DNA from: Neoechinorhynchus agilis
Lineage: Eukaryota > Animalia > Acanthocephala
DNA: 64,000 nucleotides
Reading direction: 5' to 3'
Assembly (NCBI GenBank): GCA_051530055.1
Contig: CM121341.1
Span: forward strand, 7,790,784 to 7,854,783
Of the stretch, positions 50,313 to 61,069 are shown piece after piece. Each line of letters begins with the position of its first letter. The stretch's first letter is position 1. The position numbers and the translations under genes were made by a program. A model generated the notes under the pieces. The model was not told where the DNA came from and searched no databases. It saw only the letters and a program-made list of their open reading frames with translations.

Positions 50313-52170
50313 ATGAAGGATGCCAAATGTTTAAGAAATGAAGATGAAACCATTGAACAACTTAACCGATTGATCGGGAGCGGTCAAGCATTGAGAAATG
50401 GACACCTTGAATGGTTGAGTACACGAACTGACCTTATGAGGGTATTTACTTGCTGTTGTCGACTTTGGGATAGTTTTTATGAGCCATTATTGGAAGCATG
50501 TTCAAAAATAAAGTTCGAGAAACACTTTGATTTACGAATGAAGATTGAGCGAGTGATCGACGAAGGAGTTGAGCTATTTCACGAATTCCATAAAATGGTA
50601 TCAGATCGTTCATGTGAGGAACAAAAAAGAGAGATTGTACTTATGGACTTACTTCTCAAAACCGGCGATCTTCTTAGCCTCAAGTATAATCTTCAAACTC
50701 CACATTCGCTATATAAGACGTCTATTAAAGATGTTATGAACGTTTACTTAAGCATCGAAGGTAGCAAATACCAATCTGCTAGGGCGTTGGAATATGAAAA
50801 GCTTTCGAGGTTATTAATGAATGAACGTGGACAACCTTATTTGTTGGGATCTGTGTATTATGGATTATTGTCCTTAGAAATGGCAAATGGATCCAAAGAA
50901 GTAGCCGAAGATTCAAGGAAAGACATAAAAAGTAGGATTCGTACTCTTGTGTCGGATATAATTGTTAAAAGTGGAGCCATAGAAAAAGTAGAGATTTATG
51001 TCGGACTTCAAAAGGATTCATTCTTCACATGAAAGGAATGCTTAATTCAGAGGATGGGGTGAAACCTTTTCTAGAAAACAATCATTAAGAATTCCTTCTA
51101 TAGTTGAAATGAGAAGCCAAAAAATCCAATGCCGTCTCAAAAAAACATCGCTAAACAAATCGGACGGATTCGTTCATATATTCTTAAGCGACCTTTATAG
51201 TTGCCATGAAACATCATCGGGAGCAATAACGGCTGAAATTACAAGATCGTTTTGCGACTCGATAATGGATGCAATGGAATCCGGCGTCCGTAGAGATGTT
51301 GAAAAGACAGTGTTTGTGATGGCTTCCATTATGAGCAAATGTATGAGAGGCAAAGGAGAAGAATTCCATCAGTTTATGGCAATGTCCGACTTTTGCGAAC
51401 CTATTTTAAGAGCATCTCTTGTACTTTCCAAAGACAAGGGTTCTGAAATCGCATTGGCTGCATTTGGGATAATGGCCGATTTGTGGATAGATGTTGGCTT
51501 CAACGACAAAACCATGACTCGAGACCTATTGGAAGCAACAAATGATTTTCCCGATAAATTCGATATTGATTTCAAAATCGAGACAATATTGGGACCATGG
51601 GCTGTACACCAGGTATTACATGATATTTTGCCATTAAACCAAACTTCACTCAAGTTCAAAATTCGGCAAATTGTACGATGTTTAAAAGTTGAAAACAGTG
51701 GAGATTTTATAGAGCCTATTTATAGACTTCTGAATATTGTACTCGATACCAATGCCATTCTGTACGATCGGCGAAAGATCGACGAAGTTAAGCGTTTGAT
51801 TGATGTGAAGTGTGTTGTTCCAAGTGTGGTTTTAAAAGAATTGGATAATTTGGCGAAGAAGGGGAAAACGACAACGCAGGATGCGAGGGAATCTATAGAT
51901 TGGATTCTTGATCATAAAAGAAAAGGAAACTTAAGGATTTGTTACGACCACGAGCATAGTCGTGTACTTTCCCGAATCAATGATGAATCGATCCTTGATT
52001 GCGCTCGTTTCGCAGAACGCAGGCATCGATATTTGTACAAGGAAACACAGACTTCAGTTTTGGTGTCTAATGATTTAAATTTGAGAAATAAAGCTCGAGC
52101 TGATGATGTTGCAGCACTAAAGCCGGGATCACTTCTTGCATTTATAAACAGTGTCACAAAGCTCCATTAG
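50313..52170 (+). CDS. SMG6/EST1-like protein with C-terminal PIN nuclease domain (junction near 50950-51105 unresolved)
   Basis: N-terminal GDL...YQ.A.AL...GSVYYG..SL resembles the EST1 helical domain. PIN motifs: IVLDTN, VVPSVVLKELDNLAK, INDESILDC, LVSNDLNLRNKA. Confidence 0.72.
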
Positions 52171-53456
52171 AATAATTGAATCTACAGAACCAATATAAAA
52201 TCGAGTTCGTTCGAATGGATACAACTGAGCAAAATGAAATAGAAAAGGGAAATATGTCGAGAAAGGATACAAGATCATTTGAAACGAACGCTAGTCGTGT
52301 TTGCTAGTTATAGTCAAATAAAAAGAAAGACGCATTTCACAATCTAAACTATAAAGGAGATTATAAAAGATGCTACTCCAAATAGTTTTTTTATTACGCT
52401 CTCATTGGTAGAAAGTGTTTTTTTCTCGAATACAGTTTGTTTAAACTAAATTTTCTGAAGAGCATTTTAATCGACATAAAAAAAGGACAGAAAAACGAGT
52501 TAAACGGCGATATAAAGGAATCTGCGATCGATGAAGAGAATCGCCAATATTCCCGTAAGTTTTCATAGTGACCAATGTCCAGACGAAGCAAATAGAAAAG
52601 GACGAGCTCGATAAAATATCAGAATTCATTGAGATGTGGTGGTCATAATCCATTTAAAAATTTACTTTAGAAATGCCTGAAAAGAGGTGGATTTTGTCCA
52701 CGAAATATTATAAGACAAATCTAAAAAAATCATCATTATAACGCTAGTTTCGACAGTAGTTTGCTTTAATTTATGGCGATCAAATTTGGCGCTTTTGAAT
52801 CAATAGAAGATATTTCCGACAAGCATCAATAATAGATATTAAACTTCTTGATTTGAGCGACCGACATTCAATTGCCGAGAATCTACTTACGATAGGATTA
52901 AGTTATCCGTTTTATAAATGAAAAAGATTTGACTTGTGACGAGCGTTAAATTGTATCCATCCGAAAATGTACAAAAATAAACTAAAACAAATTTTTTTAC
53001 TTTTTAAAAAAAAGTAAAACTTAATTATTTGCTATCCTCATTGACTTTTTGAAAATTTGGAATCGGTTTACCGCTTTTACGTATGATATCTCTACATTTT
53101 GAAAGCCTTTTTGTCAATTGGATTTCGGAATTATTGTTTAAAAGTCTTCACCTGATAAATAATTTTTTTGTTAAAACCTTTAGAGCATCGTCGTGTTCAT
53201 CATCAGTAAGGAATAATTCTTATAATATAGCCCAGTTTCTCGTCACAAATCGATATCTTTGGATTTCAGTACAAACGGCAATTCAGCTCAGCTAAGAAAA
53301 TTTTGACGAGTGTAAAGTCTATAAAATGGAATTTATGCGTAAAACGTGCGATTTAACATTTCGGGCCAATAAACGTATAGATTTCTCTTAAAAGCGCAAG
53401 ATTATTCGTCGGCGAATTATGAAGTTTTTTCACGCCATTCCGAATTTTTTACAGCA

Positions 53457-53535
53457 CTGCCTCATCACCTATCGTTTCTCTCAATTTCTTCGAGAGATCC
53501 CTTTATTTTCGTACCTTCCGCTGCACCTCCAGCGA
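53457..53535 (-). mobile_element. Tiny internally deleted CRE-clade relic
   Basis: Minus strand: AGGAAEGTK and DLSKKLRETIGDE. AATTTCTTCGAGAGATCC is shared with ~37620. Confidence 0.45.
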
Positions 53536-54685
53536 TTTCAAGAGACTATGAAGTTGCAAACAAAACGACAGAAGGTTAAAATAATGCAAAAATTGTGATC
53601 GCACACTACTTCGAATTTTTTAATACCTTAAAAATGTAGATAAATAGTTAAATCGGTTTAATGAAACAACGATGATCGCACTGATGTGATCGTCTTAAAA
53701 CTAGAAATTAACTTTAAAGAAAAATTATCAGGAAAGATGTCAGTTCACTTGCTAAAGAGGCAAATCAATTCAAATTTTTTTAGGATTATATCAAAATCGG
53801 CTTTTCAAAAACTTATACCCTAGCAGTTCGCAGACGTCCAGCGTTTCTGCTCAAGAGAAGAAACTGATAACTGTTGATAGTTGCGTGAATTCCGAGATTC
53901 GTAGAAATTTGATGAGACCTCAGCATCTTGGTTTTGATTTTTCTATAGTAATTGGCGAAAGTGATAGCGTAAGCAGTTCAAATAGTGAGATAAAAGTGGA
54001 TCATGGCATGAGCGCTGATATTGTTCAAAAGATAGCCGAAACACTCAGTTCCAATATGACCGAATCAATGGCGAAACCCACCAAAGACGAGACTAATAAT
54101 TTAAAATAATTGTTGCTGGGACGTTTCTGTTGTGCTAATAGAACATTTCGCGGATCTGGATCCTTCTCGGATGTTATTTTGGTTCAGTTTGAAGAAGATT
54201 AATTTATCGTCACGTAATCACACTCGAACAACAAAAACGGTGTTAAAAGTGACTTATTATATTCATTGGCAAAAGTATTTCTATAGCAGATAAAATCAAT
54301 TAGTTCGTAGAGGAGAGCTATGCACAACAATGGAATTACCATCAAATCGTTCAAGAGATAAATTTTCATCTTCGTTGCATAAATCCATTGTACACCCTTC
54401 TTTTGTAAAGCGATAGAATGACCTTTCAAGAATGTACTTGGAAAACAAAAGTCTTATTTTATACACACAGAAAAAAACAAAGTATTTATGATTCACATCA
54501 TCGTGGTTTACGATTTTATTCGTTATATTTTCTCCGCGCTATGGAATATCCTAAATCCCAATGGGGAGGCCAAGAAATGTCTTTGTTCTAACCGAGAATA
54601 CGATTTTGTCGACAAAAAAAGTTAACTCACGATAAAAAAAATTTATGTTATATTTAATTATATCGCTCTTTATTATTAGAAGCTC

Positions 54686-57120
54686 AAATTAGATTCCCTG
54701 TTGGATCTGCTCAATCGATTGTCTACAAACAAAACCAATATTGCACATTAATTTCATTCTTGCATCCAAAGCATCCGCCAAACAAAAGATTTATAGGGAC
54801 GAAATTCCCATGTTTTTTAAATTTTAACAAAAAATGTGAATTTGTAAGCCTTAATAAAATCCGATTGCTGAGATGCCAAAAAAAACTGATAAAATCTTTA
54901 ATCACTATAATGAATTCGCTTATGAAAGAGTAGAAATTTGAATTCATTATCGGCCACTAAACTGAGCATGACGACTTCCTTAATTTATGCGATTGCATAA
55001 TGTTCACACTTGAACACGAAAACTAATTATAGCATCGATCTCGGTATCTCCATGATCAAGAAAACGATACTGAAATCTGATTGGCTGGATCATTATCTGA
55101 TTAATTTACTACTAAGCAAACGAAAGGCTACTCGTTGATCGTTTCCAGAAATAGAGAAAACCAATGCAAACCAACAACTTGAACGCGATGCTTTCGAACA
55201 GACGAAACATTCGTTTTAGCAATGAAGCAATTTCTTATCTTAACAAATGGTTTGAAGAAAATCGCCAATGTCCTTACATGACATCGTTCGACCTTGAAAC
55301 GGCTTCAAGCACAACAGGACTTCGACGAGGACAAATAACCAAATGGTTGGCTAATAAAAGAGAACGTTCAAAATCAAAAAGTTTCAAAGAAAACATTGAA
55401 CCTTGCCAGCGAAGAGTCCGAACAAAGAAGGAACGTTTGTCGTTTTCGATTGAACAAATTTTGGCAAACGATTATTCAGTGAAAGCAACGCAGCAATGCT
55501 TCAAGAATACTTCAACGAAATCGACATTCAACTTTAAGTTTTTAAAAGCTCCGAAATACTTTAAACCTCTCATTCTTGTACAGCGATGATTTCAAATGGG
55601 ATTATTTTGTAAATCTGAGGATGTGTAATAAAAATTTATAAATTCTTTAATCATATCACAAATTATAAATCTTAAAGGTTACGAATCCTTCCCATAAATT
55701 CCTTCTTTTTTTTCCGTTTGTCACATTTGATAAACCGATTCGTTCAAATAAAAAAGCCGACTCATTTCTTTTAAAATCGATAACGCACATCAAAATCGTA
55801 AGTTTTTGGATCCCAAACAGCGCAGTTCAAATGTGGAAACATGAGACCGCTGACCATTAGATCGTATCTGGATCAGTTTTCCATAAGAAAACGATGGCAC
55901 ATTGCGAAATTAATCACGGCTCGGTGTTAGCTTTACTTTGAGTTTATGATTGTGATCTCGATAAAAAATCGAATTAATTGAGCAACTAAGAAGGAAGTCA
56001 TTGATAAAATCTTTAATATCGAACATAGACAAGTCTTGGTGTGAATTACGAAAAATCAAATTATCATCCAAAGCTTTCACAGTCTATGAAAATATGAGAA
56101 GATTTTACAGTGCAAAAAAACTAAAGCTTTTCCATTATGTTCTCAAGGAAAATTAAGATAATAAGTCCATTTCACACTCATAAGATAAATTAAGCTTTCA
56201 CATTCGCTAAATTCTCATCTGATTTACTTAAAGTTGCCACTTTCACGAAAACGTGAGGAACATAATGGACTTTTGGCAGAATACCAAATTGTACTGAATT
56301 TTTAAATGGAAAAAAATCAATTTAAAATCATGTTAAAGATTAGTCATCGCATGCATTAAAAAATCAATTTTCAATTTTAAACTTTAAGAATCGCCAGGAC
56401 GACCATAATTCAAAAATCTATGATCGTTTTAATGATCCGTTCGTACTTTTGATCTGTTTGCGTGGATTAAAAGTGGAAACACTCTTTAATCTTGACTACA
56501 AAGATGAGCATTCGGCAATTAACGCATTTTCCGATCCTTTGGTCAGTGATCAAAATTTGAAGATCAGCCAAAATTTCTTCAGGTTACGCAACCCAATCAA
56601 CGAAAGGCTAAATTGAAGGACTTGATTGCCATAATCAATTTATTAGCGATCGATTATTGATTTTTTCAAAGACGTGACAAAAGACGTTTTTTGAAAAGGT
56701 CTACAAGAGAAGAAATCGACGATCGATGAAAAATCGATAATGGTATCAACTAATTTGGATCAAAGATTATAAATTCTAAAACGTATCAATAAATATTGCC
56801 CCCAGAAAGACTTTGATTCTCAGAAAAACCCAATGTAAAGTTTCCAAATTCACCTATATTGATCGATTATTGATTTTTAAAAAAGACGTGACATAAACGA
56901 CGTTTTGAAAAGGTCTACAAGAGAACAAATCGACGATCGATGAAAAATCGATAATGGAATCAACTAATTTGGATAAAAGATTATAAATTCCAAAACGTAT
57001 TAATAAATATTGCCCCAGAAAGACTGATTCTCAGAAAAACACATTGTAAACTTTCCAAATTCACCTCTATTGATCGATTATTGATTTTTTAGAGACGTTT
57101 TTTTGAAAAGGTCTACAAGA
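54686..57120 (+). repeat. Right arm of large inverted segmental duplication
   Basis: Begins CTC|AAATTAGATTCCCTG at 54686 and is colinear with the reverse complement of 2437..1. Confidence 0.95.
55164..55589 (+). CDS. Divergent TALE-class homeodomain protein with eh1 motif (copy 2)
   Basis: 141-aa translation identical to 1533-1958 (-). Confidence 0.8.
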   Translation: MQTNNLNAMLSNRRNIRFSNEAISYLNKWFEENRQCPYMTSFDLETASSTTGLRRGQITKWLANKRERSKSKSFKENIEPCQRRVRTKKERLSFSIEQILANDYSVKATQQCFKNTSTKSTFNFKFLKAPKYFKPLILVQR

Positions 57121-57775
57121 GAAGAAATCGACGATCGATGAAAAATCGATAATGGGATCAACTAATTTGGATCAAAGACTATAAATTCTAAAACGTTCCA
57201 ATAAATATTGCCCCAGAAAGACTTTGATTCTCAGAAAAACCCAACGTAAAGTTTCCAAATTCAGCTTTATTGATCGATTATTGATTTTTTTAAAGACGTG
57301 ACATAAACGACGTTTTTTTGAAAAGGTCTACAAGAGAAGAAATCGACGATCGATGAAAAATCGATAATGGGATCTACCAATTTGGATCAAAGATTATAAA
57401 TTCTAAAACTTGTCAATAAATTTTGCCCCCAGAAAGACTGATTCTCAGAAAAACCCAATGTAAAGTTTCCAAATTCACCTCTATTGATCGATTATTGATT
57501 TTTTAGAGACGTTTTTTTTAAAAAGGTCCACAAGAGAAGAAATCGACGATCGATGAAAAATCGATAATGGGATCAACTAATTTGGATCAAAGATTATAAA
57601 TTCTAGAACGTATCAATAAATATTGCCCCCAGAAAGACTTTGATTCTCAGAAAAACCCAAATGTAAAGTTTCCAAATTCACCTTTATTGATCGATTATTG
57701 ATTTTTTTAAAAGACGTGACATAAACGACGTTTTTTTGAAAAGGTCTACAAGAGAAGAAATCGAAGATCGATGAA
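56647..57775. repeat. Tandem repeat family A, reverse orientation (~200-218 bp unit, ~5.5 copies)
   Basis: AAAAGGTC(T/C)ACAAGAGAA recurs about 6 times. Confidence 0.93.
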
Positions 57776-57966
57776 TTTTGCGAAGATGAAATCGCTCTTT
57801 TATCGCAAGATATTTGAATTAAATCAGACCATTAAAAAAATTAAGTTTAAAAGCTAAGTGGAACAAAGTTTTATAGTCCTATTAAGATTTGAGGACATAA
57901 TGTGATTTGTACTAATGACAGAGTTTAAAAACACTTTAAAATTGGGCATTTCATTTATTTGACCAA

Positions 57967-58371
57967 TCAAATCGTAATGGACTCATCGTTACTGCTAGTG
58001 TCCGTGAATACACTCACAAGAGGAGATGGATCGTAAAAATAGCATGCCATCATGGAAGACAAAGCTAAAATGAGACAGGTACAAGCTTGTCTGGTTTGAT
58101 CGGAGATTCTTGAGTTAACAAAAGAGATGATAGAACTCATAAGAGATATCCAAGATAGCCATTTGAACTTGAACACAAGAGCAATCATTGCACTGATCAT
58201 GCTAACTAAAGTTAAATTGTCGGCAAACTCGAACTGGTCAGTTGGCGAAAACGAACATTCCGATTGACCAGCATTGTTCCCGGATGCCAAGGGATAGAAA
58301 AGACAACTTGGATCGTATTTAGAAATTCGATTCGATTGCTTTGGTGACGTGGATGATGATTGGTCAGTCAT
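57967..58371 (-). CDS. WDR83OS: PAT complex subunit Asterix
   Basis: NRISKYDP, LVSMISAMIALVFKFKWLSWISL..SIISFVNSR.SDQT.Q...LILAL.S...YFYDPSP parallels Asterix (YKP; KLKWCAW; ISFANSRSSEDTKQ; YLQNPQP). Confidence 0.85.
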   Translation of the reverse strand: MTDQSSSTSPKQSNRISKYDPSCLFYPLASGNNAGQSECSFSPTDQFEFADNLTLVSMISAMIALVFKFKWLSWISLMSSIISFVNSRISDQTRQACTCLILALSSMMACYFYDPSPLVSVFTDTSSNDESITI

Positions 58372-58399
58372 CTATAGTCAATGAAGAAGTTGAGCTAAC

Positions 58400-60780
58400 A
58401 CGAGAAATTCGAGTAAAGTCTTAAAAAAGAAGATTTATTTTTTTTAAGACGATTAAATCACGATTTAGTAATATAAAATCGATTTTTGCCGAATCTTAGA
58501 TGGGATCGATAAATGAAGAAAATCTTACCAAGGAATTCATACAATAAAAATACAAAAAAACATGAAAACGAGAAATTCGAGTAAAATCATAAAAAATAAA
58601 CAGAATTAAATTGAAACAATATAAAACGTTTTAACCGCAATTTAGTGATATAAAATCGATTTTTGCCGAATCTTAGATCAGGTCGATAAATGAAGAAAAT
58701 CTTACCAAGGAATTCATGCAATAAAAATACAAAAAAACATGAAAATGAGAAATTCGAGTAAAATCATAAAAAATAAACAGAATTAAATTGAAAAAATATA
58801 AAACGTTTTAACCGCAATTTAGTAATATAAAATCGATTTTTGCCGTATCTTAGATGGGATCGATAAATGAAGAAAATCTTACCAAGGAATTCATGCAATA
58901 AAAATACAAAAAAACATGAAAATGAGAAATTCGAGTAAAATCATAAAAAATAAACAGAATTAAATTGAAAAAATATAAAACGTTTTAACCGCAATTTAGT
59001 GATATAAAATCGATTTTTGCCGTATCTTAGATCAGGTCGATAAATGAAGAAAATCTTACCAAGGAATTCATGCAATAAAAATACAAAAAAACATGAAAAC
59101 GAGAAATTCGAGTAAAATAATAAAAAATAAACAGAATTAAATTGAAAAAATATAAAACGTTTTAACCGCAATTTAGTGATATAAAATCGATTTTTGCCGT
59201 ATCTTAGATGGGATCGATAAATGAAGAAAATCTTACCAAGGAATTCATGCAATAAAAATACAAAAAAACATGAAAACGAGAAATTCGAGTAAAATCATAA
59301 AAAATAAACAGAATTAAATTGAAAAAATATAAAACGTTTTAACCGCAATTTAGTAATATAAAATCGATTTTTGCCGAATCTTAGATGGGATCGATAAATG
59401 AAGAAAATCTTACCAAGGAATTCATGCAATAAAAATACAAAAAAACATGAAAACGAGAAATTCGAGTAAAATCATAAAAAATAAACAGAATTAAATTGAA
59501 AAAATATAAAACGTTTTAACCGCAATTTAGTGATATAAAATCGATTTTTGCCGAATCTTAGATGGGATCGATAAATGAAGAAAATCTTACCAAGGAATTC
59601 ATGCAATAAAAATACAAAAAAACATGAAAACGAGAAATTCGAGTAAAATCATAAAAAATAAACAGAATTAAATTGAAAAAATATAAAACGTTTTAACCGC
59701 AATTTAGTGATATAAAATCGATTTTTGCCGTATCTTAGATGGGATCGATAAATGAAGAAAATCTTACCAAGGAATTCATGCAATAAAAATACAAAAAAAC
59801 ATGAAAACGAGAAATTCGAGTAAAATCATAAAAAATAAACAGAATTAAATTGAAAAAATATAAAACGTTTTAACCGCAATTTAGTGATATAAAATCGATT
59901 TTTGCCGTATCTTAGATGGGATCGATAAATGAAGAAAATCTTACCAAGGAATTCATGCAATAAAAATACAAAAACATGAAAACGAGAAATTCGAGTAAAA
60001 TCATAAAAAATAAACAGAATTAAATTGAAAAAATATAAAACGTTTTAACCGCAATTTAGTGATATAAAATCGATTTTTGCCGTATCTTAGATCAGGTCGA
60101 TAAATGAAGAAAATCTTACCAAGGAATTCATGCAATAAAAATACAAAAAAACATGAAAACGAGAAATTCGAGTAAAATCATAAAAAATAAACAGAATTAA
60201 ATTGAAAAAATATAAAACGTTTTAACCGCAATTTAGTAATATAAAATCGATTTTTGCCGTATCTTAGATGGGATCGATAAATGAAGAAAATCTTACCAAG
60301 GAATTCATGCAATAAAAATACAAAAAAACATGAAAACGAGAAATTCGAGTAAAATCATAAAAAATAAACAGAATTAAATTGAAAAAATATAAAACGTTTT
60401 AACCGCAATTTAGTAATATAAAATCGATTTTTGCCGTATCTTAGATGGGATCGATAAATGAAGAAAATCTTACCAAGGAATTCATGTAATAAAAATACAA
60501 AAAAACATGAAAACGAGAAATTCGAAAAATCATAAAAAATAAACAGAATTAAATTGAAAAAATATAAAACGTTTTAACCGAAATTTAGTGATATAAAATC
60601 GATTTTTGCCGAATCTTAGATGGGATCGATAAATGAAGAAAATCTTACCAAGGAATTCATGCAATAAAAATACAAAAAAACATGAAAACGAGAAATTCGA
60701 GTAAAATAATAAAAAATAAACAGAATTAAATTGAAAAAACGGAAAATCTAAGACATTCCAACCGCAATTTAGTGACATCA
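58400..60780. repeat. Tandem satellite I (177 bp unit, ~13 copies)
   Basis: GAGAAATTCG at 58570, 58747, 58924, 59101, 59278... Confidence 0.97.
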
Positions 60781-61069
60781 CTCACTTTTTATCCTCAAAT
60801 ATCCAAGATTTGCCCTTAAAAATTCTTAAACTATGATGACGCAATCGTAGAATAAATAATTCTTTCGTAGGGTTACCGCAGCTACGAATCATGTGTTTAA
60901 TCTCAAAAATATTGATTTTCTCAATATGTTTTATAATGCTTATATTTTATTTTTTTAATGTTTTCACTCGCTAGTTTTAATGAGTTCTTAAACGTTTGTT
61001 TATATGAAGAGAAAATCCTTCAGGACGATAGTTGGAAATAATTCACGGACACGAAATTTTTTATTTACT

